A program made the translations under genes and the position numbers. A stretch of DNA of 64,000 nt from the NCBI GenBank assembly GCA_002269645.1, contig NIVC01003944.1:4476-68475 (forward strand), read 5' to 3'. This stretch comes from Macrostomum lignano (lineage: Eukaryota). Of this stretch, positions 1-18,900 are shown one piece after another; within the stretch, counting starts at the first letter, position 1; each line of letters starts with the position of its first letter. A model generated the notes under the pieces. It worked only from the letters and a program-made list of their open reading frames with translations, did not search any database and had not been told where the DNA came from.

Positions 1-2280
1 CAATCTCACTTTCGAAGGCACCTCGCAGTTGAACGTCACGGTGCAGGGCGTCGACTCGAATCTGGCTAAGAGGCTCACCTTTGGCCTGGTGCGAGACCTC
101 ACCCACACCGCTGTGGTCAATACCACTGTGGAGCTGGAGGACTGCAAGGTGAGCTGGATGACATACTAAGCTTCAAGAATGTAACATCACTAAGCTTAAA
201 TAATAATAATGATAACCGATTACACCTGCCAGGGCAGGTGTGCAACGGAAAGCTCAGCCGCAGCTATTGCGCGGCGCATCTGAAGGCTGCGTACGGCTGT
301 TCAGTCCAAGGACTGGGGGTCGCCACACACACCCTCAATTACCCCAGCTAATGCTGGCACCCATTTTACAGCTGGGTGAACTGAAGCAATGCAGAGTTAA
401 GTGTCTTGCTCAAGGACACAAATTGTTCCAGTGGGATCGTGAATCGAACCCCCGACCTTCACATTTTCAAGAATGTGAAATTACTAAGCTTCGAGAATGT
501 GACATTACTAAGCTTCAAGAATGTGAAATTACTAAGCTTCGAGAATGTGACATTTCTAAGCTTCGAGAATGTGAAATTACTAAGCTTTGAGAATGTGAAA
601 TTACTAAGCTTCGAGAATGTGACATTACTAAGCTTCGAGAATGTGACATTACTTAAGCTTCGAGAATGTGACATTACTAAGCTTCGAGAATGTGACATTA
701 CTAAGCTTCGAGTATGTGACATTACCAAGCTTCAAGAAAGTGACATTACTAAGCTTCGAGAATGTGACATACTAAGCTTCAATCAGGGGATATAAATGTA
801 CAAAGCTTCAAGAAAGTGACACACAAAGCTTTAAGAGTGTCAAAATGTGATATACGAAGCTTCAATCAGGGGATATACATGTACAAAGCTTCAAGGAAGT
901 GACATACAGAGCTAGCTTCATGGTAAACTGTGCTTGCCTCGAAGATCCAATTGTCCTGCCCCCCCCCCTCACAAGGTCACAACCAAGCGCATAGATGACG
1001 ATGACGTGAACGCCGTGGTGACCCTGCTGGTGCTGAAGCTGTGCATGAACCTTCTGTACGGCTACATGAGCCGGCTTCGGCCATTCCTATGCGCGCTGTT
1101 CTACCCGGAGCAGCAGAGGCGGCGCACGGTGGCGCTGTACAACCAGCTGCTTCGTCGGCGGGGCAAACGTCAGAAAGAGTTTCGTGTTCAGGTGCGTCTG
1201 AACTGTATATAGGGCTCCAAGCTGCATTCGTCTGTGAAAGCTGAGTTATGGTCTAATTATAGACACCAATTGAGACCAGAGACGGATTTAGAAATATAAA
1301 ATGAGGGGGGGTTTAATCATAGAAGTGGGGGCGCCATAATATACACGAGAGGCGCACCATCATATAGACTATAGGGGCGCCATAATATACACGAGAGGAG
1401 CGCCATAATATACAGGGGCGCCATAATATACACGAGAGGAGCGCCATAATATACAGGGGCGCCATAATATAGACTATAGGGGCGCCATAATATACACGAG
1501 AGGAGCGCCATAATATACAGGGGCGCCATAATATACAGGGGCGCCATAATATACAGGGGCGCCATAATATAGACGACAGGGGCGCCATAATATACACGAG
1601 AGGAGCGCCATAATATACAGGGGCGCCATAATATACACGAGAGGAGCGCCATAATATACAGGGGCGCCGTAATATAGACGAGAGGAGCGCCATAATATAC
1701 ACGACAGGGGAGCCATACAGAGCAAACTGAGGGCGGTGAGGACCTTTTTTATCCCAAAGGAAAATGGGCGCCATCATCGCTAGCCACCCTCCTTAGCTCA
1801 GCCCATGATTGAGACCATGTGAATATTGAACGATTACCTTGATTTGATTGCTTAGAACTTATTAATTAATAAAACGGCCCTTTGAAGGCTCCCTGTCCCG
1901 TCACAACACCCTCCTTCCTTCCCACGCAGGTGCTGCAGCGAATCCTGGCGGAGAAGTTCAACATTGATCCGTTCGGCATAGTGACCAAGCTCCGGCTCCG
2001 CTCGCCCACTTGGAATTCCATATTTGGCAGCCTGCCATTTATGAACGGCAACGTACAGTGTCTCTGCTGTGGCGATCGGGGCTTTGAGCAGTTCAAAATC
2101 TGTCTGGAATGCAACGGCGCCTACTGCAGGCCCTGCTGGTACCAGCTGAACTCCATGTGCCTGCTGTGCATCCTGCTGTACAAGCGGCTGGCTGTCGACT
2201 ACGAAGAGACTCGCGAGGAGCTGCGCCAGGCGATGCAGATGGAGAGTGCCGGCGAAGCTGCCGGATCTCCGGGGCAGTAG
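1..2280 (+). CDS. 3' part of a DC-STAMP domain protein with C-terminal RING-like finger (DCST1/DCST2, sneaky, SPE-42 family); exons <1..148, 976..1191, 1930..2280
   Basis: Three phase-0 exons join in frame via GT-AG (AAG|GTGAGC at 148, AAG|GTC at 976, CAG|GTGCGT at 1191, CAG|GTG at 1930). The translation has SRLRPFLCALFYPEQQRRRTVALYNQLLRRR, resembling the DCST RLRRVI..YFP.RE..RI..LYN.LL..R motif, and ends in an 8-Cys cluster CLCC...CLECNGAYCRPCWYQLNSMCLLC. The 5' part lies outside the window. DCST1 vs DCST2 not resolved. Confidence 0.85.
160..905. repeat. 24-bp minisatellite (CTAAGCTTCGAGAATGTGACATTA) in a DCST intron, interrupted by a SINE
   Basis: Units visible at ~160-197 and ~465-780, with degenerate units to ~905. 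Each carries AAGCTT. Source of the ITKLRECD ORFs. Confidence 0.9.
198..463 (-). mobile_element. tRNA-derived SINE with CORE/Meta-like central domain, 5'-truncated copy
   Basis: Reverse complement matches the 31321-31630 copy (GAAGGTCGGGGGTTCGATTC B box; GTGTCCTTGAGCAAGACACTTAACTCTGCATTGCTTCAGTTCACCCAGCTGTAAAATGGG; shared 3' body) and ends in an (ATT)n tail. Confidence 0.85.
1325..1710. repeat. Compound minisatellite with core GGCGCCATAATATA (units ~18-26 bp)
   Basis: Repeated core with variable spacers, inside the DCST intron 1192-1929. Confidence 0.9.
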
Positions 2281-2589
2281 TAGTGCAACGGCCTTCACTG
2301 TAACTTCTAAGTGACTAGAAGAGTTTATACCTGACTGAGATAGTGAAATTATGTTTATCATAGCTATCCTGCCTGTCCTTTTGGGTTCACTATATATATT
2401 TAAGCATATTAATTGCGCATGAAGTGATTCTCGGGTACGAGGATAAAATAAAACTATTGGCCAAACTTCACAGAAGAGCTTCTACAGATTTATTAATTTT
2501 CATCTTTTAGAGAACCTTATGAAGGATAAAAACATTTCTGGTAATTGCACTCCCCGTATCGCTGTCTGAAAATCCCTCACAACCCTTCC

Positions 2590-3630
2590 TCCCAGTATCA
2601 CTGTCTGAGAATCGCCCCTAACCCCCCAGTATCACTGTCTGAGAATCGCCCCTAACCCCCCAGTATCACTGTCTGAGAATCGCCCCTAACCCCCAGTATC
2701 ACTGTCTGAGAATCGCCCCTAACCCCCCAGTATCACTGTCTGAGAATCGCCCCTAACCCCCCAGTATCACTGTCTGAGAATCGCCCCTAACCCCCCAGTA
2801 TCACTGTCTGAGAATCGCCCCTAACCCCTCAGTATCACTGTCTGAGAATCGCCCCTAACCCCCAGTATCACTGTCTGAGAATCGCCCCTAACCCCCCGGT
2901 ATCACTGTCTGAGAATCGCCCCTAACCCCCAGTATAACTGTCTGAGAATCGCCCCTAACCCCCCAGTATCACTGTCTGAGAATCGCCCCTAACCCCCCGG
3001 TATCACTGTCTGAGAATCGCCCCTAACCCCCCAGTATCACTGTCTGAGAATCGCCCCTAATCCCCCAGTATCACTGTCTGAGAATCGCCCCTAACCCCCA
3101 GTATCACTGTCTGAGAATCGCCCCTGACCCCCAGTATCACTGTCTGAGAATCGCCCCTAACCCCCAGTATCACTGTCTGAGAATCGCCCCTGACCCCCCA
3201 GTATCACTGTCTGAGAATCGCCCCTAACCCCCCGGTATCACTGTCTGAGAATCGCCCCTAACCCCCCAGTATCACTGTCTGAGAATCGCTCCTAACCCCC
3301 CAGTATCACTGTCTGAGAATCGCCCCTAACCCCCGGTATCACTGTCTGAGAATCGCCCCTAACCCCCCAGTATCACTGTCTGAGAATCGCTCCTAACCCC
3401 CCAGTATCACTGTCTGAGAATCGCCCCTAACCCCCCGGTATCACTGTCTGAGAATCGCCCCTGACCCCCCAGTATCACTGTCTGAGAATCGCCCCTAACC
3501 CCCCAGTATCACTGTCTGAGAATCGCTCCTAACCCCCCAGAATCACTGTCTGAGAATCGCCCCTAACCCCCCGGTATCACTGTCTGAGAATCGCCCCTGA
3601 CCCCCCAGTATCACTGTCTGAGAATCGCTC
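2590..3630. repeat. 34-35-bp satellite (CAGTATCACTGTCTGAGAATCGCCCCTAACCCCC), ~30 units, each containing a telomere-like CCCTAA
   Basis: Direct tandem repetition; unit length varies only in the C run. Confidence 0.95.
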
Positions 3631-4492
3631 AAATTGAATAAATAGCTAGAAAAGCAGGGAAAACGTAATTTGCATAGATTAGCCGGTAATAAAATACGCA
3701 TTGACATTAAATAATTATTTGTGTCCGCCACAGGTGCCGCAAGAGCCGGGCACACTTTTAGCACTGATACGCATACGTTTAGCATTTCGGAATCGGTAGG
3801 TGCAATAAATTTGTAAGCGGAAATATAGAACTTTTAAAGAAACGCACTAAAAAAGAAAGTTTAGGGTTGTACTTGACAATTACTTTAGACTTGTAAGGCA
3901 TGCATATTGTAGTGATGCGTGTTGATCGAATTGATACAAAGACTAGGCAATAGAGTCTTTGTACAGCGAGTCGCGCAATGCTATGGATGAGTGCCATCGC
4001 CATACTTGGTAGAAGTGAGCAGAATGCCAAGATTCACGGCTCCGAAAATCAGCCACAATGCGGTATGAGTTACTGCCGAATAATTAACCATTACAAAATA
4101 TAAAAATGGCAATTTCTTTATTTCAATGACGCATTTCCCTCGGCCGAAGCCTGATTCTCAAGCTTGAAGAAGATTGATTTATATGAACGCTTGTTAGTTG
4201 CAGAAATTACTTAATTCTGTTGAAGGCGCCGAAAGGAGAGGCAGGTAAAATACAAGCTATAATTAAAAGTTAGGGGCGTTTCACAATGCAAAACTGAGTA
4301 TAGGCGACACGAAACATGGAAGCAGATTTACAGCCCCTGTACGCTCGTAAAGGATGGAACGAAAAACGATTCATTAGATGATGTTTTCCATAATTTTCGT
4401 TCCATCCTCATACTGATTTCTCAACTAGCTAGGGTAAAATCAGTAACAATTTTTTCAATATACGTTATATCTTTAAAAAGTCTAAGACACTT

Positions 4493-4526
4493 TTAGGGTT
4501 AGGGTTAGGGTTAGGGTTAGGGTTAG
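4493..4526 (+). repeat. Interstitial telomeric repeat (TTAGGG)5TTAG
   Basis: Five perfect TTAGGG units read directly. Confidence 0.9.
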
Positions 4527-4765
4527 ACGAACCCTTCTCTATGATCTCATTGGTTGGACAATTTGGAGCTCTTAGCCAGCCACCTCACTCCCAACCCTTC
4601 CCCATTCTGCTAGCTGATTGGCTGCCCGATTCAGCCATTAGCCAACCACCTCAGTACCAACCCTTCCCCATTCTATTCACTGATTGGATGGCTAAAAATA
4701 AAAAGTTCAAAATTCCAGTCCCGATGTGTGGAGCATCAGCTGCTTGGAAATCAGCAGCCCGCAGC

Positions 4766-10649
<5,884 letters not shown>

Positions 10650-10900
10650 TCTGAGCGTCTGGCCCTCTAAGAGACCTAAACAAGAAGCTGCGCTACTGAC
10701 CCGAGTATTGCTTTAAGGATAACAAGGACAATTGGATCAGGGGGCGCGCGTACACTGACAGCTGGAAGGAGTGGGGTGGTTGATGATCTAGGGTACGAGC
10801 GTGTGTGTGGATATAAAGCCCTCCCTATGCAAGCGAGATAGTGAAGAGGAGGCGAGAATAGCTGAGGCAGACGAGACCCTGACAGGGCAAAACCTGCCTT

Positions 10901-10993
10901 CTTTTATAGGCGCTGGAGCGGGCTGAGGGGGTTGGAGAGTTTGGAATTCCCCGACCTTGAACGTGAATCTCTGCCCCATCGGGCCGGCATTGG
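10901..10993 (-). promoter_or_regulatory. Candidate MTHFR core promoter: CCAAT box (10993-10989) and TATAAAAG (10908-10901)
   Basis: Canonical CCAAT then TATA spacing (~80 bp) on the gene's strand, ~260 bp upstream of the ATG. A strong acceptor CTTCTTGTTTAG lies ~28 nt before the ATG. Confidence 0.5.
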
Positions 10994-13900
10994 CCTGCGC
11001 TGGTTTGTGAGCTATTTTGTCCTTAAACTGAACTGTACACGGAGAGGACCTGGGGTTGCCCCCAAGCTAACACGCGTGTAGCGAGTGACGGAAACTCCAA
11101 CAAGCAAAGGGCTTCCTCCGACCCCCAAACCAAATGTACACTCTCAGCTTCGCTGTACATTAACCCGCACTGTACATTGAGGGTTGAAATAAAATTAAAC
11201 AGACCGGAGACGAGCGGTTTTTTAATCTTACAGTTTAGGAAACACTAAATGAAGCGGTTTCGCCCCCATTTCCATGGTCTTGGGCGAGGCCACAAAATTG
11301 CCGGGTGTAAATTGCCAGCAGATTGCAGAAATATTATTTACAATTACAACACTAGCGCCCATCTCTTTGTCACTGCAACTAAACTATGTACTCGACATGA
11401 CACTAGAGCTCGACAAGTGTTGCTGGCTAATAGCTAGTCTAAAATTTGCCGATTATAATCAGCGGTAGAGACTGTGTTGAGACGCGAGTTCTCATAAAAT
11501 TGAACAAAATCAAACTAATAAGCCGTCATTAAATCGTAATTTTATAATTAAACTAATCAATAGTAATTAAACAGCCCGGAGAATTTCGCGGATTCAGTAA
11601 CTTTTTATTTGATTATTATTATCGACAAAACTAGCAGACTTACTAAATTGAGATAACTAATAATTAATTAGGCGAAAACAGAAGCGCAAACACACAGATC
11701 GAATATATTAGAAAACGGCGCATCTTAGAGCGGGCGCATTGCCCAGCCCAGGAAAATTTGATTTGTTTAAACTAATAGAAACTTGGTTAGCGAACAAAGA
11801 CAACTTTTGCAAGAATTGGGCGCGCTTTATAATAAAAATAGAAAACCAACGGTCTGGATTGGAAGTAAACGGGTTAGGGAAGGATAAATTATTAATAAAC
11901 TGGGCCAGGCTTGTGCTTAAGCTTCTACAGAAATCGAGAGAGAAACAAGCGAATAAATGTAACAAATTGTGCAACAGCCCATGAACTACTCAATTCTGCC
12001 ATCTGCTCAAATAGATGATCGAATTTCCAGCTTTCAAAATCAAAAATAAATTAGCAAAGAAAAACCTCAACAGCGCTTTGCCCAGCGCGATGGCAAGGGA
12101 TACTGGAGTATTTACAAAAAAAACGCTGTTTAAAAAGAGAAAATAAACACACACACATACTACTAATAAAACAGATAAGTAGCATAATTATAAAGGAAGT
12201 AAAAGCCCTAACTTATTAATTGGTTAATGAGCCGCAGAAAACACACAATCAACAGGCAACGGAAAAGTCTTTTTAAAAAACCGAGCACAGAAAAACTGAA
12301 TTTGAAACAACCAGGTTGAAAGGTAAGCTGGAAAAGCAGCAAAGCTGACTGGCAGAAGAAGACAGCATTAACTTGCATACATACTCGTACATTATTACTG
12401 TTAGTATTACACAAGCAAAGGTCGGAGTGTAAGAGCACCCAGTAGAAATAGAGAAATTGCAGACCGCAGACGGCCTCTAACGCGCATGGTTACAGTATTA
12501 TTGAAATAAATTGAATAAAGCGAGCCTAAGTATATTGGGAATGAAACGGATTACAGACGCAGTGAATTGCACTATATTAGATATCCAATTCCAGGTCAAG
12601 TAAGAAAAGCATCTTTCGCTTCTAATTCTAACGCGATTCAAATGCAAAATTAAATATGTGCAGCATTTGATTTATCGAAGGCGTACACGCTACTGTGGTT
12701 AGTAATAAAATACGAATTTGATAAAAAAATGAACACCAAAGCCTAAGATTTATTTAATAATTAAAAAAATATCGAGCGTTAGGCACATTTATTAGTTTGG
12801 GACTTACTATTGTAGTTAGTTGAGACTATCAAAATTATTGACTATATAGATAATTTAGACTCAAACAGGCGAGTTTAAACACACGGTTGCCACCCGGGAC
12901 AGTTAGCTGACGGCAGTCAAATTGAATTGCTACAATAGACTCGGATATTTGGCTACCTGGCCGTGACTGGCATACTTTCCCTTATTATCTCTTTAATAGC
13001 GCCTACTAAATAACTCAATTCAAAGACCCGAAAGCTTCAGCAATCGATATATTTAAAGAAAGGAAATGCTTCTGCTAATTTGCTGCATTCCAATGAATTT
13101 GCAAAGAGAAACGAGCTGGTTAACCACAGTGGCGCACTGCTGCTATTGAGTGTAGGCTAAATTGGCAAGGAGAAAGACTCATTTTTCAAAGGCAAAGGGC
13201 GCACAAGGGACTGTCACCGTCTCTCCCTGTTGACTTTGATATAATTTATTCTAACTGTATACATATAGTTTATTCTGCTCAAGTGAGCACAGTCTGAGTG
13301 GCACACAGATTAAATTTTATACGGCGAGTAATAGCCAACAGTTAATAACATGTTGTGTAGTTAATGGCTGGACAAAAATAACAATAAGCAGAACGAGTAC
13401 ATGAAAGCGGCGGCAGTTATCTCATTTTTTTGGTTGACGATTACAACAATACTAAATAAACAATTAATAATTCTTTCTCTCGAAATTTGTGCATCAAAAC
13501 AATTATTACAGTAGTTATAATGAAAACAACAATGATAAGATTATAACAGACATACCTCGTAAATTAAAGAAATTAGCGCAATTACTATTAGTATAGGCAA
13601 AGTATAATTGAACAAACGTAAACAAACAAATTGGTGTGAACAATGTATGAAGTTTAACAAGTAGCGGATTGTCTGTCTATTGATAAGTTGAGTTTACAGA
13701 AATTTGAAACCCTATTTAGATGTTGTAAATAACAGCAAGCGGGCGTCCAACTTCTAAATATGAATAATAGTATACGCCAATGTTGAGAAAATATCTTGAC
13801 TATCAAGCACAACAAAATATCGGTAAAGTAGATCCCGCACTGACCGGGATTGGTGCTAGCATTCGACCCACAGGCGACGTTGTGCAACAAATGTTATTAT

Positions 13901-14430
13901 TATCAAGGTAACCTATTTGCAAAAAACAACAAAAAACTTTGTTAAACAAAATAGAAACTTAATTTGAACAAGTACGCCTTGCAAACAGAGGCCCCTGATT
14001 GGGGTAGGCAGTTAGCGGATAATGAAGGACGTCAAAACTCGAATGCGCAGACAAAATGATCTGGGGGGGGGGGGGGGGAGAAAGCCTGAAGAAAATGGGA
14101 CGATGAATAAATTAATTTAAACAAAAGCTGAACACGCATAAACAATGGACTAAATTGGCTATATAATAATTTAATAAATAGCAAAGTGACAGCAAGGATT
14201 ATCTTCAAATTCTATATATATATATATAATTCTCTTCCTGCGTACTTTTTAATAATATTATATATATTATAATTATAAATGCACACCGAAGAATAACAGG
14301 TCGAAGAGGGGGGGGGGCAGACAATCTCGTCAATTCAAAGCTATCTAGTTTCAAATTTGCACTTTACCGGTTAGTAGTCTTCAGGAATTGATTAATACTC
14401 GATAAACTTTTTATGCAAATTAATATACGG

Positions 14431-14836
14431 CATGGGTCGGCGAACTTTTTTAACTTTTAAGGGCCAGATAAAGAATCTGCGCATGACTTGGAACAGAAGA
14501 CACGGAACAGAGGAGAAGAGAGAAGAGAGATCAGAGGGTAGATGAGAGAGGAGAGGAAAGAAGACAGGGAACAGAGAAGAAGAGAGAAGAGTAGATCAGA
14601 GGGTAGATGAGAGAGGAGAGGAAAGAAGACAAGGAACAGAGAAGAAGAGAGAAGAGTAGATCAGAGGGTAGATGAGAGAGGAGAGGAAAGAAGACAAGGA
14701 ACAGAGAAGAAGAGAGAAGAGTAGATCAGAGGGTAGATGAGAGAGAAGAGAGAGGAGATAAGAGAGCTGAGAAGAGACAAACCTTGAGCGGGCCAAAGGA
14801 CCCAAGGGCCGGATAGAGAGGCTTTGCCGACCCCTG
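14431..14836. mobile_element. hAT-type MITE with an internal ~60-bp purine-rich tandem repeat
   Basis: Imperfect TIRs CATGGGTCGGCGAAC / CTTTGCCGACCCCTG; perfect 8-bp TSD ATATACGG at 14423-14430 and 14837-14844. Confidence 0.9.
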
Positions 14837-15975
14837 ATATACGGGATTGTCTGCCAACCCGGCAGGAAATACGGATTACAGATTACAACAATTACAGACC
14901 GAAAAATCAAATTCTACAATCCAATTAGTTTCAGGGAATAGAAGGAACGCAAGCAACAGGTGTTGTTGGTAATAGTGAAGTTTTAGCACGTACAGGAACT
15001 CAATTAGAGTCAATTTAGCGGACACAGGTGCAACACTAGATAAAATTTAATTTTGCTGATAAATTTGCACAAATTGCTGACGGAAGATATTTTTTAAAAC
15101 AATAATTAATAATAATAGGCATTAAATAAAGTATCGGAGGAGAACTGTGGGCGCAAGAAGAGGCAAAAAAGTAGAACAATTACATAAATATGAGTGACTT
15201 TGTCTTTGCCAAGGTGAGCAGCACAGCAGGGCAAGGACAATCCAGACTCAAGCGAGTCCGCCCAATAATAGTGGAATCAAAGGAGTTGAGTAACAGACGT
15301 AACAAACAATTGATAAATAAAGTAGGGAGGGTGAAGTATTCTAGGTGAACTTCTGACTGATTAAAATATGATTTATTCGACACAAATAAATAAAATAGTG
15401 TTTTATAAAGTTTCTTATCACACCTCCACAGGCTGACGTACATTACCAACTTTTTCCAAAGTCTTCAGAAATTGCCGAAAGCGCACAAAACGGAGTATAA
15501 AATAACAAAACCAAAAGCCGCATTGGGGCAAAAAAATACAAACTTCTAAATAAATAAGCGCCGTACAAGTTAATAAAGAAGCGCAACTGACCATCGTTCC
15601 GTGGGTTTTAACATGCTAAAATCTAAGCGCAGAAAACACACAAACCTACACGCTAGTGCAATCTTTTTTATAAACTTATCATTTTTCACTATTAAGGCAT
15701 AATGGAGCAGCGGGTTAACCATTAAACTGGGCGGCGCATTTGAAACAAAAAATAAGACGCGCCAAAACAATTTATACATACGCATACGGCGCGCACAACC
15801 CACGCAGGCACCAATGATTTCTTTTTGCCTTGTTTCTTTAGAACTTGCTTTAAATCGAAATTAAAATAACACAAACTTATAGACGGAAGATTTAAACAAA
15901 ACTTTTATAATTTATCTAAGCTTAAGACTCTTTCTCTAGCCGGGCAGATCGAACTATGCTGGCTACCCAGGCTAT

Positions 15976-18900
15976 TCAAGCGTTGCTACCCGAGGCCTTC
16001 CTGCCGGCACGGCCGCCGGTGCCGTTCATACTCGGCCGCTGCTGCTGACCGGCGGTCGCTGGCGAAGCTTTCCAGGCGTTGCCCCCGCGCTGATAGCCGG
16101 AGTCGCGTTCGGTCAACGCATCCGACGAGGCCTCCGTCGAGCTGGCCGGCTGCGCGGCGCTGGCTACTGCCCGTCGGACGCCGGCGACAGCCGGAGACGG
16201 CGAAGTCGGCGAGGCCGGCACGTCGGCTGAGTCGCCGGCCGAAACCATAGCGGCGGACACGGTAGCCACCTTGGCCGAGACGGGCGGCACGGATTTCTTC
16301 AGAGCGGCGGCATAGGATGTGCCGTTACCTCCGCCTGCGGCCTGCTGCTGCGACTGTTCCGGGCTAGCGCCGCCGATGCCAGCCTCTGGCGACGCTTCGC
16401 CGGCAGAAGCGGCCGTGGCGGCGACTGCATGCGTCGATGAAGCAGAGGTAGCGGCTACCGCAGTAGGCGCGGAATTATTGTTGCCTTGGCTAGCTGAGCC
16501 GCCACCGCTGCCGCTATTGCCAGCTGAAGCGGCAGCGTCGGCTGAAATCTCAGGAAAGTCGTTCTCCTTCAGGCGGAACTCGGCCGGGCCCTGCGGCGCG
16601 TGGCCGGAATGATAGTCCCGACCACCGCCTCTGGCGCCTCCTCGCCCGTAGCCGCGGCCACCGCCTCCTCGACCGATGGCCGAGCGGGACGGCGGACCAG
16701 ACTGGCGATAATCCTGGTGATGGTGATGATGTTGCGGCGGAGGCTGCGACGCGGGCGGCTGCGGCATGGCTGCCCCTCTGTGAGCCTGGCTGTGGTGAGC
16801 AGAAGTAGATCCTGGTCCGCCCAAAGGCCCATCGTGCTCGTGATAGGCGGCGTTCTGGCTAACATGCCGAGCAAATCTGGGCGGCATTGTTTGCCTTTCT
16901 GTCCGGCGATTCGACATGGAGTAGGGGGCATAGCCTCCCTGACCGTGCTGGTGATACTGGTGCGGGTGCTGGTGCTTGAAGATACGATTTGGCGGCTGCT
17001 GCGGCGGCATCGGCTGCTGCTGCTGCTGCGGTGGCGGATTGGAGCCGGCAGAATCCATTAGGCTGCACAGCTGGTAGGTGGGGACATCGTGAGGCGCCAG
17101 TATAGGCGAGCCAGTGTAGTGGGCGGTGGCCGCGGCGGCCTCCGCGTTAGCCGGCACGCCGACAGGAATGGCAACTGGCGAGAGGGCCACGGCGGCAGCG
17201 GCGTCGGACAGCTGGCCGATGGTGTCGGAGCCGGCAGAAGTGGCCACGGCAGCAGCGTCAGTCGCTGCCGGCATCGCGGTCTTAATGCTGAGAGTTGTCG
17301 ACATGCCAACTTCGGCCCTAGTCAGCTCCCACTGCGAGTCGGCCACAAGCGGATAGGCCTGCCACTTGCCTGGCACAGCGTACAGGCTCAGAGCGCGCTT
17401 GCAGTCGCAGGGCCGCAGCTGGGACTCCCATTTGCGCTTAGCTGCGTCAACCGGATCATCCGCGGCGGAGGAGCTCGCGGCCGTCTCGGCGGCAGCTTCG
17501 TTGACATCGGGACCAAGGCAGAGCTTGGTGAATGCCAGCTTGTGCAAAATGGAGTTTACCTGCTCAAAGCTTTTCGTGTCCGGGTAGATGACGAGCACGG
17601 AGGCGTGGTCAACCACCAGCTGCTCCGGCGGGGTGAGCTGCGGCAGTTCGGCTGGCAAGAAGCTGCAGAAGAATTCGTTCAGCTGTTCCAGTACGTGCTT
17701 AGCCTGAACTTTATAGCGTTGAGAAGGCTTCTGTTTGATGTCGTTGCATTGAGTCTCAATTTTCTCCGGGCTGCGGCCTTGCACGCGCAGAATCGGGCAC
17801 ACCTGAGGGATGGCAACAGGCAAAGCAATCGAATAAATCTTATTGAAACAGTTTGAGCAGCTTTGAGAGCTCTCATATTTCTTGAGCATATAGGCACAGT
17901 ATATAAATAGCCTAGCAAAGGCAGTCAAAAGAAAGCATTTGATGATGATCTAAAAAATCAATTTGATTCAGTGCTGATGTCGATCCCAATCACAAAGAGG
18001 ATGTGAACTTAGCCTTCATTGACCATTCTCCGCCAATAGGGAGAAGATGGGATTTCATGTGAACTTTAAGGCTCTCAAATGGAAGCGATGGCCGCTTGGG
18101 ACTTTAGCACGTTTTGAAAAGGAAGAATAATAATAATTTGTTTTAGCAAAGAGAATATGAAAAATGACGCAACAGATGCCAACAGTTTGAAGAGCGACAC
18201 CAGCATGCTTTCTTGATAAAGGCGGTTCCAAAAAGTGTCCAAGCACTGCATTCCATTCCGGTTTTCGATGATTGTTCTCTTATTGTCAGTCCAGCAGTGG
18301 GATCCGATAGAGAAGCCGGCTTAATCGGCTACCGCTTGTGATTAAGAGCCTTCCTGCCTCCCTTCCTTTTTTTCCTGCCTCCCTTCCTTTTCTTCCTGCC
18401 TCCCTTCCTTTCCTTCCTGCCTCCCTTCCTTTCCTTCCTGCCTCCCTTCCTTTCCTTCCTGCCTCCCTTCCTTTCCTTCCTGCCTCCCTTTTTTTCCTGC
18501 CTCCCTTCCTTTCCTTCCTGCCTCCCTTCCTTTCTTTCCTGCCTCCCTTCCCTTCTTTCCTTTCCTTACTTCCCTCCTTGTCTCCCTTCCCTTCTTTCCT
18601 TTCCTTACTTCCCTCCTTGTCTCCCTTCCCTTCTTTCCTTTCCTTACTTCCCTCCTTGTCTCCCTTCCCTTCTTTCCTTTCCTTACTTCCCTCCTTGTCT
18701 CCCTTCCCTTCTTTCCTTTCCTTACTTCCCTCCTTGCCTCCCTTCCCTTCTTTCCTTTCCTTAATTCCCTCCTTTTATTCTTTCTTATTTTCCTTCCTAC
18801 TTTTCCTTCCTCCCTCCCTCCCTTCCTTCCTTCTTCCCTCCCTCCCTTCCTTCTTCCCTCCCTCCCTCCCTCCCTTCCTTCCTTCCTTCCTTCCTTCCTT

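Noticed and set aside
16319-17856. Plus-strand ORFs opposite GC-rich exons (also 4805-5272, 9978-10670, 20687-21220, 1852-2361, 32869-33291)
   Set aside because: These are antisense or off-frame shadows of real exons, caused by GC-rich codon usage.
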